DNA of 64,000 nt from an uncultured Porphyromonadaceae bacterium (GTDB lineage Bacteria > Bacteroidota > Bacteroidia > Bacteroidales > UBA12481): assembly GCA_964355105.1 (NCBI GenBank), contig CAYHCO010000018.1:5323-69322 (forward strand), read 5' to 3'. Shown here one piece after another: positions 47,522-58,326 of the stretch. Positions within the stretch are counted from its first letter, which is position 1, and every line of letters begins with the position of its first letter. The position numbers and the translations under genes are program-made. A model generated the notes under the pieces. That model made no database searches and was not told the DNA's origin. It saw only the letters and a program-made list of their open reading frames with translations.

Positions 47522-48194
47522 CTCTTTTTGCCCGGCGACCGTGACGCCGGCTGTTGAGTCTCTTATTCATCCTCACATTCCGGCGCTCAGTCCTTTTCTC
47601 CTTCCGTCGCTCAACGCGCCGGTCATGTCTCTCATGGCGATCGACCGGGAGGTAAAAATTTGCCGGAAACTTGGCCTGTATGGTGGAATAGAAAATAGCT
47701 ATTTCCTTCATGTCTTTCGCTATATCATCGCCGGGATAAAAAACCGGACCCACGCCAACCACTTTCCTTCGATAATCCATATAACCAAGTACAATCGGTA
47801 CACCAGCCTGTTTGGCTATATGATAAAATCCCCGTTTCCACACCATAACCTCTTTTCTGGATCCTTCTGGCGCAATCGCGAGGTAGAAATTTTCAGAATT
47901 CTTGATTTTTACACCCAGATGTTCGACCAGGTTGCCATGCTTTTTTCGGTCCACCGGAATGCCTCCGATCCAGTGAAAAACCCATCTGAAGGGGAAAAAG
48001 AACAGCTCCTTCTTCATCAGGAAGCGAATATTCAACCCGTAATAAAGCTTGTAAATCATTCCGAAGAAGAAATCCCAGTTACTAGTGTGCGGTGCTCCGA
48101 TAATCACGCATTTGCTGAGCTCCGGAATCTTGCCTTCCAATTTCCACCCGGAAAGCAGCAATAATAATTTTGCCAGAAGTCTTTTAAAATTCAC
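47514..48194 (-). CDS. PlsC-family acyltransferase with highly basic C-terminal tail
   Basis: 226 aa with HX4D motif HTSNWD and a C-terminal ~45 aa rich in Arg/Lys. Confidence 0.75.
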   Translation of the reverse strand: MNFKRLLAKLLLLLSGWKLEGKIPELSKCVIIGAPHTSNWDFFFGMIYKLYYGLNIRFLMKKELFFFPFRWVFHWIGGIPVDRKKHGNLVEHLGVKIKNSENFYLAIAPEGSRKEVMVWKRGFYHIAKQAGVPIVLGYMDYRRKVVGVGPVFYPGDDIAKDMKEIAIFYSTIQAKFPANFYLPVDRHERHDRRVERRKEKRTERRNVRMNKRLNSRRHGRRAKRAS

Positions 48195-48211
48195 AAGTCC
48201 CCTCCTCCAGA

Positions 48212-49915
48212 TTAAAAGCCCTTCGCAGTATCGTCACCACGGGGGTCCGCTCCACCTTCCATTGTTCCGTCCGGCCATATCAGGATAGCATCCACCCGCC
48301 CGATATTTCCAATTTTTTTTAAATGATGACCCATTCCCATCAGTCTTGCCACCTTAACGGTATCAATAGCCTCCGGTTCATACTGAATCATGTCGGGCAG
48401 CCACTGGTGATGAAAACGTTTGGCAGTGACTGCCTGCTGCATGGTCATTCCATGATCAATTACGTTGAGGATCGTCTGAAAAACCGATGTGATGATCGTT
48501 GATCCCCCAGGACTTCCCACAACCATGTACAAATGGTCATTTTTCGTGACCAGGGTCGGGGTCATGCAGCTGAGCATTCTTTTTCCGGGCTCAATCGCAT
48601 TCGCCTCATTACCAACTAATCCGTATATATTTGGTGTCCCGGGTTTGGAGCTGAAATCATCCATCTCATTATTCAGGAAGAATCCCCCACCCTTCACCAC
48701 GATCTTGTTACCATAACCCCCGTTTAGGGTTGTTGTGGCTGCCACTGCGTTACCCCACCTGTCGGCTACGGAATAGTGCGTGGTTTCCAGGCTTTCAGGT
48801 TTTACAATTTTTCCCGCTTTAATAGAGTCCGAAGGGGTGGCTTTCCCCTCTTTGATGCCGAGGGCGCGCTTATGGAGGTACCTGGCGTTAGTGATTTCAT
48901 CAACAGGCACCTTAATAAATTCGGGATCTCCAAGATATTCAGCCCGATCGGCATAGACCAATTTCTCAGCTTCCGCCATATAGTGGATGGTTTCAACGGA
49001 ATTGTGGCCCATCGAACTGATATTGTATTCCGATATGATACCCAGCAATTGCTTTAGTGCGACACCTCCGCTCGACGGTGGCGCCATGGAATAGAATTTA
49101 TAATCCCGGTAGGAACCGGTCACCGGCTCCCGCCAGACTGAATGATAATCCTGAAGGTCCTGGTGCGTAATCAATCCTCCTGATTCCTTCATCTGCCCGA
49201 CAATGAAATCCGCTGTCTCACCGGAATAAAATCCATCTCGTTTTGCATCCCGGATCCGCTGCAGCGTAAGGGCAAGTTCTGGCTGGACCAGCAAATCCCC
49301 CTCTTTCCAGGTGGAATCACTGACGAATGCCGGCTTCCAGGTATTTCTTTCGAGTAAGGTTTTTTTAATCGAATTCAGGTCGTTGGCCTGTTTTCGGGTA
49401 ATAGGAAATCCTTTGGCAGCGAGGTCTATAGCTGGCTGAATGACTGCCTTCCAGGTTAAAGTGCCGAATTTTTCATGCGCCTTAACCATGCCATCCACGG
49501 TTCCGGGAACCCCTGAGGCTAGAATGGTTTGGGTGCTCAATCCCGGCACGATTGCTCCGTCGGGTCCGATATACATGTCGCGGGTGGCAGCCAGGGGTGC
49601 CTTTTCCCGGTAATCAAGCGTGCAGATCTTGTTGGCTGAGGTGCGGATGACATAAAATCCGCCACCGGCAATATTTCCGGCGGCAGGATAGCAAACCGCC
49701 AAAGCAAATTCAATGGCTACAGCTGCATCAACCGCATTTCCTCCCTGCTTAAGGATCGTTAACCCGATATTGGTTGCCTCCGGATGTGCGGTTACCACCA
49801 TTCCCTGCTTTCCTGTAGGCCCGAGACCTTCGCGGGAATGAGCCCCGCAGGAGACGAACAAGCTGGCGACCAGAAATAACCATGCAATCCGGATCCCTGA
49901 ATTTGCCTTCATCAT
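48212..49915 (-). CDS. ggt: gamma-glutamyltransferase
   Basis: 567 aa with a signal peptide and the autoprocessing Thr motif ETTHYSV. Confidence 0.92.
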   Translation of the reverse strand: MMKANSGIRIAWLFLVASLFVSCGAHSREGLGPTGKQGMVVTAHPEATNIGLTILKQGGNAVDAAVAIEFALAVCYPAAGNIAGGGFYVIRTSANKICTLDYREKAPLAATRDMYIGPDGAIVPGLSTQTILASGVPGTVDGMVKAHEKFGTLTWKAVIQPAIDLAAKGFPITRKQANDLNSIKKTLLERNTWKPAFVSDSTWKEGDLLVQPELALTLQRIRDAKRDGFYSGETADFIVGQMKESGGLITHQDLQDYHSVWREPVTGSYRDYKFYSMAPPSSGGVALKQLLGIISEYNISSMGHNSVETIHYMAEAEKLVYADRAEYLGDPEFIKVPVDEITNARYLHKRALGIKEGKATPSDSIKAGKIVKPESLETTHYSVADRWGNAVAATTTLNGGYGNKIVVKGGGFFLNNEMDDFSSKPGTPNIYGLVGNEANAIEPGKRMLSCMTPTLVTKNDHLYMVVGSPGGSTIITSVFQTILNVIDHGMTMQQAVTAKRFHHQWLPDMIQYEPEAIDTVKVARLMGMGHHLKKIGNIGRVDAILIWPDGTMEGGADPRGDDTAKGF

Positions 49916-49938
49916 TTATTGATTTGGCCTAAAAGTAA

Positions 49939-51897
49939 CTATTTTCTTGCATCCATATTTAACACAAAACCTGCTCTTAACCATGTTCCGGGCTGAGGCA
50001 CGCTGCCCAGGTCGAAATAGGCGGTATTGAACAGGTTGCTGCATTCCGCAATGAAAGTTACTCGTTTTATTCTATAGGAAAGCTTAAGGTCAACAAGCAT
50101 AAAAGGTTTGTAATCAACCTCCGTAATCCTGTTTTGGGAATCATAGGCGGTATAAGATCCGTTTCTTTCCTGCCAGATCAGGTTTGCCGACAGGCGGAAG
50201 GGAGCTCCCACTTTGAGGGTAAATCCTGTGGTCATCTTCCATTTCAGGTAATCCAGAACATATTGAGAGAGGTAATCTCCGGCCTGGTGATGTTGAAAGT
50301 AGTAGCGATACCCTAAATTGAAATGGTCGATAAATTTCTTTATAGCCCCGCTGGTCTGCGGAGTCCAGGATAATCCGGTTTCGAAGCCCCATGTTTTAAT
50401 CTGACCGAGGTTCTCCGTGTGCCACACCGTTTCTTCGGCGGTCCTCACCCAGTCGATCGACTGCGAAGCGTACCGGTAAAAACCCAGTATTCTGCTGGTG
50501 AATCCCCCCCGGTTGAAAACGGTTCCAGCTTCAGCGTGCCATGCCGTTTCGGGCAAAAGGTCTGAATTTCCCTGCTGGACCGGTGATTTATAATAAAGCT
50601 CGGTGAAGGTTGGCAGGCGGAAAGCCCGATTGAATGAAATAAAAGCCCGCCAAGCCTCGCTTCCGATAAATCCGATATCAACACCGGGATATGCCTGGAA
50701 ATAATTTTTTACCGATCTGACTTCATGCAGAACGAGTCCGCCATTAAACCGGAACGCACCTGCGACAATATGCTGTTCCGCAGAAAAGCTGAAATGTGAC
50801 CGTGAACCGAAATGATTGTATGCTGCTGAGTCGGAACCCGCGACAGGCCATGTTTGCTCCGAAAGTTGACCCAGAACCGTGCTCCGGATCGATTCATGCC
50901 TCATCTCGAGTCCAAAGGCAGTCTTTCCCAGTTTGCTGGAAAACCATGCGTCAGTTTTTCCTCCGGCAATCTGGGTCTGGTGGTAATTCGGCGAGGTATA
51001 CCAGGATGGCGGATTGGATCGGAATAAGGTGAATTCATCGGAATGGATCCTGTAATACAAAGATTGACTGACATTCACCTTTCCCTGAACGGATAACTGA
51101 AGAGCCATTAATCCGGAACCGGAATTTTCAAACTGGTTCGGGTATTTTGGCGAATAAAAACTGTTGGCTCCAAAGGCCTTCTTCAGGCCCCCTGCCATCA
51201 TGGATAAGTCAAACTGTTTATGCCGGAAACCAGTCTGGAAGAATCCGTTAAGTGTTTTGAAATCAGTATTTTCACGATATCCGTCGGACCTGACAAGTTC
51301 GATTCCACCCTGTTGCCACCATTTTTTCCGGACATTTCCGGCATCAATACCGGCATTCACATATCCGTACTGACCTGCCTGCAATCTCAGGTTTACATTT
51401 TTCCCCGAGGGTGCTCCGGTAACAAGATTAACCGCCCCGGCAAAAGCGTTTGAACCCAGGGATTTCACATCGGAGCCGGGTAAAATCTCAATACGTTGAA
51501 CCATCGACAGCGGAATCGGAATATCCAATTGAAAATGACCGGTTTGAGGATCATTAAAATTGATACCGTTAACGAGAATGGCTGTCTGGTCAAATGTGCC
51601 ACCCCGAAAACTGATATCTGCCTGAACTCCGGCTGGACCGCGCTGCCTGATATCGAGATCGGGAATGTACCGAAGAATTCCAGCCAGGTCGCTTGCCGGG
51701 AGCTGTTGTATAGTCTTTCGGGTAAGAATATTAGTCAGCCTGACCGATTGCCGGGAGTCCTCCGGTATGCGGCTGGCCTTGATGGCTACCTCATTGAGGG
51801 AAATACGTGTGGTATCGCCGGATTTTACCTGGCCAAAAATTGGTGACGCCAACAAGGCACCCAGCAATATCCATGAGAAACTAATTCTTTTTCTCAC
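49939..51897 (-). CDS. TonB-dependent receptor
   Basis: Plug plus beta-barrel pattern. The track start (TTG 51930) overlaps folD by 50 nt. GTG 51897 gives the signal peptide (M)[21 protein letters not shown]. Confidence 0.8.
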   Translation of the reverse strand: MRKRISFSWILLGALLASPIFGQVKSGDTTRISLNEVAIKASRIPEDSRQSVRLTNILTRKTIQQLPASDLAGILRYIPDLDIRQRGPAGVQADISFRGGTFDQTAILVNGINFNDPQTGHFQLDIPIPLSMVQRIEILPGSDVKSLGSNAFAGAVNLVTGAPSGKNVNLRLQAGQYGYVNAGIDAGNVRKKWWQQGGIELVRSDGYRENTDFKTLNGFFQTGFRHKQFDLSMMAGGLKKAFGANSFYSPKYPNQFENSGSGLMALQLSVQGKVNVSQSLYYRIHSDEFTLFRSNPPSWYTSPNYHQTQIAGGKTDAWFSSKLGKTAFGLEMRHESIRSTVLGQLSEQTWPVAGSDSAAYNHFGSRSHFSFSAEQHIVAGAFRFNGGLVLHEVRSVKNYFQAYPGVDIGFIGSEAWRAFISFNRAFRLPTFTELYYKSPVQQGNSDLLPETAWHAEAGTVFNRGGFTSRILGFYRYASQSIDWVRTAEETVWHTENLGQIKTWGFETGLSWTPQTSGAIKKFIDHFNLGYRYYFQHHQAGDYLSQYVLDYLKWKMTTGFTLKVGAPFRLSANLIWQERNGSYTAYDSQNRITEVDYKPFMLVDLKLSYRIKRVTFIAECSNLFNTAYFDLGSVPQPGTWLRAGFVLNMDARK

Positions 51898-52759
51898 CTG
51901 CAGCTTTAAGCGTATTCTGTAACAGCACAATGCGGGTCATAGGCCCAACCCCACCGGGAACCGGAGTAATGAAGGAGCATTTAGGTGCTGCTTCTTCAAA
52001 ATTCACGTCACCCGACAAACGGAATCCTGATTTGGTGGTGTCAGAGGGTACCCGGGTTGTGCCCACGTCTATTATAACGGCACCCGGTTTCACCATATCG
52101 CCGGTAAGGAAGGCAGGTTTGCCTAAAGCTGCGATCAGGATATCGGCCTGAAGGCAAATCTCCTTTAATCCCCTGGTTTGACTGTGACATAGGGTAACGG
52201 TACAATTTCCCGGGTTCGATTTTCTGGACAGCAGGATGGATAAAGGAGTACCCACTATATTGCTGCGGCCAATAATGACGCAATGACGACCCGAAGTCTC
52301 AATCTTATAGTAATCAATCAGCTGCAGGATCCCCGAAGGGGTTGCAGGAAGGTATGAAGGCAAGCCGAGGGCCATCTTGCCGATATTTACCGGATGAAAG
52401 CCATCAACATCCTTTGCCGGATCAATAGCCTCAATCACGTTATTCTCATTGATATGACGCGGTAACGGAAGCTGCACGATAAATCCGTCCACTGACGGAT
52501 CCGAGTTCAGTTTATGCACCGCCTCAAGAAGGTCTGTTTCAGACACTGTATCCGGAAAACGGATCAGCGTGGATTGAAAGCCAACTTCAGCGCAATCCTT
52601 AACCTTGGCAGCCACATAAGTTTCGCTTCCGCCATCGTTTCCAACCAGGATAGCAGCGAGATGGGGTTGTTTAAGGCCAAGCGCATTTCTTCTGATCACC
52701 TCTTCGCGAATCGCCGACTTGAGTTCGGCTGAAACCATTTTACCGTCGATGATTGTCAT
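51881..52759 (-). CDS. folD: bifunctional methylenetetrahydrofolate dehydrogenase/cyclohydrolase
   Basis: 292 aa. [38 protein letters not shown] motifs. Confidence 0.92.
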   Translation of the reverse strand: MTIIDGKMVSAELKSAIREEVIRRNALGLKQPHLAAILVGNDGGSETYVAAKVKDCAEVGFQSTLIRFPDTVSETDLLEAVHKLNSDPSVDGFIVQLPLPRHINENNVIEAIDPAKDVDGFHPVNIGKMALGLPSYLPATPSGILQLIDYYKIETSGRHCVIIGRSNIVGTPLSILLSRKSNPGNCTVTLCHSQTRGLKEICLQADILIAALGKPAFLTGDMVKPGAVIIDVGTTRVPSDTTKSGFRLSGDVNFEEAAPKCSFITPVPGGVGPMTRIVLLQNTLKAAGEKKN

Positions 52760-52769
52760 GATATTCAGA

Positions 52770-54104
52770 TTATCTTCTGCCTAAAGGGCTGTTTCCTGCC
52801 ATCCTACCCAGGTTTTTCCCGGTGGCAACCATTTTCATCATTTTACGCGTTTCATCGAATTGCTTGAGTAACTGATTAACAGCCTGCACGGTAGTGCCGC
52901 TACCCGTAGCTACGCGCTTCCTCCTGCTGCCGTTGAGTATGGAAGGATTCTGGCGTTCATCGGGAGTCATGGAATGGATGATCGCTTCAATGCTTTTAAA
53001 CGAATTATCGTCCATATCAAGGTCCTTAACCGCTTTTCCCATTCCGGGGATCATCGCTGCCAGTTCCTTGATGTTGCCCATTTTCTTGACCTGCTGTATC
53101 TGTTTCAGGAAATCGTCGAAATTGAAAGTGTCCTTGGCGAGCTTCCGCTGCATCCTGACTGCTTCCTCGGAATCAAACTGTTCCTGTGCCTTTTCCACCA
53201 GGGTAACGATATCCCCCATTCCGAGGATCCTGTCGGCCATACGCTCAGGATAGAAAATATCCAGTGCATCCAGCTTTTCACCGGTACCCACAAACTTGAT
53301 AGGTTTGTTCACCACCGTGCGTATCGAAAGAGCAGCACCCCCACGGGTATCACCGTCAAGTTTTGTCAGAACGACACCGTCGAAGTCGAGACGGTCATTG
53401 AATTCCTTGGCTGTATTTACGGCATCCTGACCGGTCATGGAATCAACCACAAACAGAATTTCTTCCGGATCCACTGCGGCTTTTATGGCGGCGATCTCGT
53501 TCATCATGGCTTCATCAACCGCCAGACGGCCGGCCGTATCAATGATCACGAGGTCGAAACCGTGCTGCCTGGCATGACGGATACCGTTTTTAGCCAGCGC
53601 TACCGGGTCGAGGTTTCCATCTTCGGTATATACCTGAATACCTGCCTGCTCGCCAATTATTTTCAACTGTTCGATAGCAGCCGGCCGGTAAACGTCACCA
53701 GCTATCAGCAGAGGCTGTCTGCCCCGTTTTGTCTTCAGAAAATTCCCAAGTTTTCCACTGAAAGTGGTTTTACCCGATCCCTGTAAACCGGCTATCAGAA
53801 TAACCGTAGGATTTCCCTTCAGGTTGAGGTCGCTTTTCTGACCGCCCATCAGCTGCACCAGCTCGTCATGGACAATCTTTACCATCATTTCCGACGGCTT
53901 GACCGCGGTAAGAACATTCTGTCCCAAGGCTTTTTCCTTCACCGTAGCGGTAAAATCCTTGGCAATTTTAAAGTTAACATCGGCATCGAGCAGCGCGCGT
54001 CGCACCTCCTTAAGGGTTTCCGCAACGTTGATCTCGGTAATTCTGCCCTGGCCCTTAAGTAATTTCAGGGACCTTTCTAATCGTTCGCTAAGGTTCTCAA
54101 ACAT
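52770..54104 (-). CDS. ffh: signal recognition particle protein
   Basis: 444 aa. [20 protein letters not shown], and a Met-rich M domain. Confidence 0.95.
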   Translation of the reverse strand: MFENLSERLERSLKLLKGQGRITEINVAETLKEVRRALLDADVNFKIAKDFTATVKEKALGQNVLTAVKPSEMMVKIVHDELVQLMGGQKSDLNLKGNPTVILIAGLQGSGKTTFSGKLGNFLKTKRGRQPLLIAGDVYRPAAIEQLKIIGEQAGIQVYTEDGNLDPVALAKNGIRHARQHGFDLVIIDTAGRLAVDEAMMNEIAAIKAAVDPEEILFVVDSMTGQDAVNTAKEFNDRLDFDGVVLTKLDGDTRGGAALSIRTVVNKPIKFVGTGEKLDALDIFYPERMADRILGMGDIVTLVEKAQEQFDSEEAVRMQRKLAKDTFNFDDFLKQIQQVKKMGNIKELAAMIPGMGKAVKDLDMDDNSFKSIEAIIHSMTPDERQNPSILNGSRRKRVATGSGTTVQAVNQLLKQFDETRKMMKMVATGKNLGRMAGNSPLGRR

Positions 54105-54121
54105 AATTCAATACAATTATT

Positions 54122-55918
54122 TTACATCCTGTCGGGAATATGAATCCCCAACAATCCCATACCATCCTCGATATGATTCGCAATAAATCTCGATAATGCC
54201 AGTCTGAAATCACGTTTAGCATCATCGGGTTCTTTAATGATCGGACAAAACTGATAAAAATGGTTATACTCTTTCACCAGTTCATAAAAATAATTTGCCA
54301 CCAGCGCCGGAGAGAGCGTACGGCCGGCCTCTTCCAAAATATCGGGATACTGGTAAATTCTTTTCAGCAAGGCGTTTTCCCGCGGATCAAGATGATCAAC
54401 CAGTGAAAGATCCGTCTCCTGCCTAAGTCCGCTTTCGGCTGCCTTGCGCTCAACCGAGCGTATCCTCACGCAGGTATACTGGATGAAGGGGCCCGTATTC
54501 CCGTTAAAATCAATCGATTCTTCCGGGTTGAACATCATGGTTTTCTGCGGGTCGACTTTCAGGATATAGTATTTCAACGCACCTAAAGCAATCCTGTAAT
54601 TAACTTCTTCTTTCTCCTCATCCTGAAATCCTTCCAGCTTGCCGAGCTCGGATGATACCTTCCTGGCTGTTTCGATCATTTCCTGAATAAGGTCATCTGC
54701 ATCAACGACGGTACCTTCGCGGGATTTCATCCTGCCATGGGGCAATTCAACCATACCGTAGGATAAATGATAAAGCCTGTCCGCCCAGTCGAAGCCCAAT
54801 TTTTTCAGAACTAGTTTCAATACCTTGAAGTGATAGTCCTGCTCATTTCCAACGACATATATATGCCTATCGAAAGTAAATTCTTCAAACCGCTGATGAG
54901 CGGTACCCAGATCCTGGGTCATGTAAACACTGGTACCGTCGGATCGGAGCAGGAGTTTCTGGTCGAGACCGTCGGCAGTAAGATCAGCCCACACGGATCC
55001 GTCCTCTTTGCGGAATAGGACCCCTGTATCGAGTCCGGCCGTTACGAGATCTTTTCCGAGCTTATAGGTCTGTGATTCCTGATAGAATTTATCAAAAGAT
55101 ACGCCAAGCTTACGGTACGTTTTATCGAAACCCGCATAAACCCAGTTATTCATCCGGGTCCATAATTCAATGGTTTCGGGATCATTGTTCTCCCATCTCA
55201 GAAGCATATCCTGTGCTTCCCGGATGATGGGAGCCTCCGCTTTCGCTTTTTCCTCCGTATAACCCTGTGATACAAGCTCCTGAATCTGGATTTTATATTC
55301 CTTGTCAAACCGGATGTAAAAATCCCCGACCAGCTTATCGCCTTTCATACCCGATGACTCAGGTGTTATACCGTTACCCCATTTTTGCCAGGCAAGCATC
55401 GATTTGCAAATATGTATCCCCCTGTCGTTTACGAGGTTTACCATTTTCACTTTATTTCCTGATGCTGCGATAATTCTTGAAACGGCATAGCCAAGAAGGT
55501 TATTCCTGATATGTCCGAGGTGCAGGGGTTTATTGGTATTCGGCGAGGAGTATTCCACTACCACGACGGGTGAATCGCCGGTCACCGGCTTATGGCCGTA
55601 TTCCAGTTGTGATGAAATACCTGAAAAGAATCCAATCCAGAATTTATCAGAAAGGACAAGGTTAAGGAATCCCTTAATTACCTCGAATTCTGATATTTCA
55701 GGAAGATGGGCTTTGAGGTATAGTCCGATCTCCTCCCCGGTTTCCTCCGGCTTTTTTCGGGATATTCTGGTCAGGGGGAAGGTAACTACGGTATAATCGC
55801 CTTTCTGGTCCTTGCGTGTGCTCTGCACCTGAATATTTTCAGGTTTTTCATCGCTATTATACAAATCACGGATTGCCTGGGCAGTCATGCGGGCAATTCG
55901 ATTTTCAATACGCTCCAT
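54122..55918 (-). CDS. argS: arginine--tRNA ligase
   Basis: 598 aa with class I HIGH-type motif PLHLGHIRNN. Family pattern holds throughout, ending in ...IPDRM. Confidence 0.95.
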   Translation of the reverse strand: MERIENRIARMTAQAIRDLYNSDEKPENIQVQSTRKDQKGDYTVVTFPLTRISRKKPEETGEEIGLYLKAHLPEISEFEVIKGFLNLVLSDKFWIGFFSGISSQLEYGHKPVTGDSPVVVVEYSSPNTNKPLHLGHIRNNLLGYAVSRIIAASGNKVKMVNLVNDRGIHICKSMLAWQKWGNGITPESSGMKGDKLVGDFYIRFDKEYKIQIQELVSQGYTEEKAKAEAPIIREAQDMLLRWENNDPETIELWTRMNNWVYAGFDKTYRKLGVSFDKFYQESQTYKLGKDLVTAGLDTGVLFRKEDGSVWADLTADGLDQKLLLRSDGTSVYMTQDLGTAHQRFEEFTFDRHIYVVGNEQDYHFKVLKLVLKKLGFDWADRLYHLSYGMVELPHGRMKSREGTVVDADDLIQEMIETARKVSSELGKLEGFQDEEKEEVNYRIALGALKYYILKVDPQKTMMFNPEESIDFNGNTGPFIQYTCVRIRSVERKAAESGLRQETDLSLVDHLDPRENALLKRIYQYPDILEEAGRTLSPALVANYFYELVKEYNHFYQFCPIIKEPDDAKRDFRLALSRFIANHIEDGMGLLGIHIPDRM

Positions 55919-55952
55919 CTTTTAAAATTAAGAGCCGCAAAGATAATAAAGA

Positions 55953-56852
55953 TCAGCCAATGGAGCTTACTGAGCCAAGCTTGTATAAATCAAGCAGTAA
56001 AAGGGAAGGATTGGTGCCGCAAAGCCTTTTTTCCAAGCTTTTTCTGCGAATTTCAAACCAGGCGGAAACCAGGCCGCTCAGGCCCGACTTCTTCAACCTT
56101 TTCCAGGTTAGCAGCAGGCTGATGTCGCGCTCCATTCCGGGTGGAAAGGCCTTTTTTTCATGAAGGTCGCGCAGGCTGGCAGCGGATTCCCGTATTTTTT
56201 CCAGATAATTCACAGATGGTTCCAGTCCCAGGTGTATGAGTCCGTTATCAATATGCTCAATATCAAAGCCATTCTGATGCATCTGCATTCCGAACAAGGT
56301 GTCCTCGTGGCCATAGCCACTTACTGATTCATTGAATTCAATCTTTTTGAAAACACCGGCCGGTACCAGGAAATTAAAGGTTGAGAAGGATTTCCATGGC
56401 TTCACGCTTCTTTTTGCTGCACTCTTTTGCTCCCTCGCCTTGCCATATTTCCATCTGAGCATGAATTCTTGATTTTCCGGAGGGTCCTGACTATATAGCG
56501 TTCCTCCGCATAAAACCTTATTCGGTGCCAGCGTGGCCAGGTATCTGGAAATGAAGTCCGGGTGCGACATGCCAGCATCACCATCGATAAATAAGAGATA
56601 ATCCCGGGATGCCCGGGAGGCCAGAAAGTTTCGGTTGGCGCTGCGGCCCAAAGGTTTCTCACGTGTAAATACCTGTACGCCTGATATTTTATTCAGCTCA
56701 GCGGCTAATGCCGGAGAAGTTTTAGGATCACTGTCATCGCTGATAATGATCTCATACGCCACCCCGCTTTGGGCAAGCTGATCTGCCAGTGACCGCACCA
56801 GTTCTGAGGGATCCCAATCTTTCAAGGGTATAAGAACCGACAGCATAAACAA
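55953..56852 (-). CDS. family 2 glycosyltransferase
   Basis: 299 aa. VLIPLKD...IISDDSD and DXD-like FIDGDA. Confidence 0.8.
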   Translation of the reverse strand: MFMLSVLIPLKDWDPSELVRSLADQLAQSGVAYEIIISDDSDPKTSPALAAELNKISGVQVFTREKPLGRSANRNFLASRASRDYLLFIDGDAGMSHPDFISRYLATLAPNKVLCGGTLYSQDPPENQEFMLRWKYGKAREQKSAAKRSVKPWKSFSTFNFLVPAGVFKKIEFNESVSGYGHEDTLFGMQMHQNGFDIEHIDNGLIHLGLEPSVNYLEKIRESAASLRDLHEKKAFPPGMERDISLLLTWKRLKKSGLSGLVSAWFEIRRKSLEKRLCGTNPSLLLLDLYKLGSVSSIG

Positions 56853-56905
56853 ATAATTTCTTCAAATGTACTTATTGTCTGCCTATCTTTGCGGCAAAAA
56901 GCAGC

Positions 56906-58318
56906 ATGAAGTCCGTTAGATTTTCGATACCCCTGCTGATCATTTCCCTGTTTTGCAGCAGCCCTGTGTTTAGCCAGGGTTTTAAGTTAAGTGTTTCTAT
57001 TCCTGACCTTCCCAATACCGATATCATACTGGCTCATCGTTTCGGGTTAAAATTCTTCACTGACGACACAGTCAAAACGGACGATCAGGGCAAGGCAGTA
57101 TTTGAGTCACAGAATACCATGGCAGGCGGCATGTACCAGATTGTTTTTCCTGATAAAAAATTTGTTGAGTTCTTCATCGATGCCGACCAGAGCTTCAGTT
57201 TGTCTACCAAAGTTTCCAATCCATCTGAGGCTCTTGCCTTTAAAGGCAGTGCCGAAAACAGCCGCTTTCTGCAGTGGCAGCGAGATTACGCAGCCAACCG
57301 AAGCCGGGCAACGGAGATGCAAAATCGGATCAAGAAAGGCGGGCTAACCCCCGACAGCTCGAAAATCCTCAACGACGAGTTAAAACGGATACAGGTATCC
57401 AATACAACCCTATGGGATTCAGCTATCTATGACCTGGCCGGTACTTTACCTGGTAAATTCATTGCAGGCCTGAAGCCTGTGAAAATCCCTGAATCGTTGG
57501 GTAAGCAAGGCGATCCGGCCAATCAGGCAAAACAGTACCAATATCTGAAGGATCATTTCTTTGATGGGGTGGATTTTACTGATTTCAGGCTCCTTAACAC
57601 TCCTTTGATCGAAACCAAGCTCGACCAGTTCTTCAAGCAGATTGCGCCACCGGTGGCTGACAGTATCGCTGCCGAAGCGACCCGGTTAATCGAGAAATCC
57701 CGTCCGGCACCACTGGTTTATCAATTCGTAGTCCAATACCTCTTTAACTTATATTCTACCCCTGAAATAATGGGTACCGATGCGGTTTACGTCTACATTG
57801 CCGAAAAATATTATCTCACCGGTCAGACTCCCTGGATAGATTCCGCCAACCTGCAGGGAATAAAGGAACGGGTGAAGGAATTAAAACCATTGCTGCTCGG
57901 GAAAGATGCACCGGTACTCGACGGTCTTGTGAATCCTGAAGAACAGCCGGTTGAAATAAAAAACATTAAAGCCAATTACCTCATTCTTTACTTCTGGAGC
58001 CCCGATTGTGGCTTCTGCAAGGAAGCAACACCAAAATTTGCTTCCATTTATCCGGAGTTAAAGCAAATGGGAGTTGAAGTTGTGGCCGTTAATACCCGTA
58101 TCGAAAAGGATATCTGGACCCAATTCATAGGAGAACATCATCTGAACTGGATTAATGTATACAGTCCTTTAAAAGTCCGCGAATTGATTGATAAGTACCA
58201 GGCATTCACAACACCTACGCTATTCATATTGGATCCGGCCCGAAAAATTATTGCCAAAAGCATTTCCTATGATCAGGTTAAACCTTTTCTGACCAGGTAC
58301 ATCTCAGATCGTAAATAA
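56906..58318 (+). CDS. thioredoxin-fold protein with long N-terminal domain, secreted
   Basis: 470 aa with a signal peptide and a C-terminal FWSPDCGFC motif. Confidence 0.8.
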   Translation: MKSVRFSIPLLIISLFCSSPVFSQGFKLSVSIPDLPNTDIILAHRFGLKFFTDDTVKTDDQGKAVFESQNTMAGGMYQIVFPDKKFVEFFIDADQSFSLSTKVSNPSEALAFKGSAENSRFLQWQRDYAANRSRATEMQNRIKKGGLTPDSSKILNDELKRIQVSNTTLWDSAIYDLAGTLPGKFIAGLKPVKIPESLGKQGDPANQAKQYQYLKDHFFDGVDFTDFRLLNTPLIETKLDQFFKQIAPPVADSIAAEATRLIEKSRPAPLVYQFVVQYLFNLYSTPEIMGTDAVYVYIAEKYYLTGQTPWIDSANLQGIKERVKELKPLLLGKDAPVLDGLVNPEEQPVEIKNIKANYLILYFWSPDCGFCKEATPKFASIYPELKQMGVEVVAVNTRIEKDIWTQFIGEHHLNWINVYSPLKVRELIDKYQAFTTPTLFILDPARKIIAKSISYDQVKPFLTRYISDRK

Positions 58319-58326
58319 GCTGCTAT

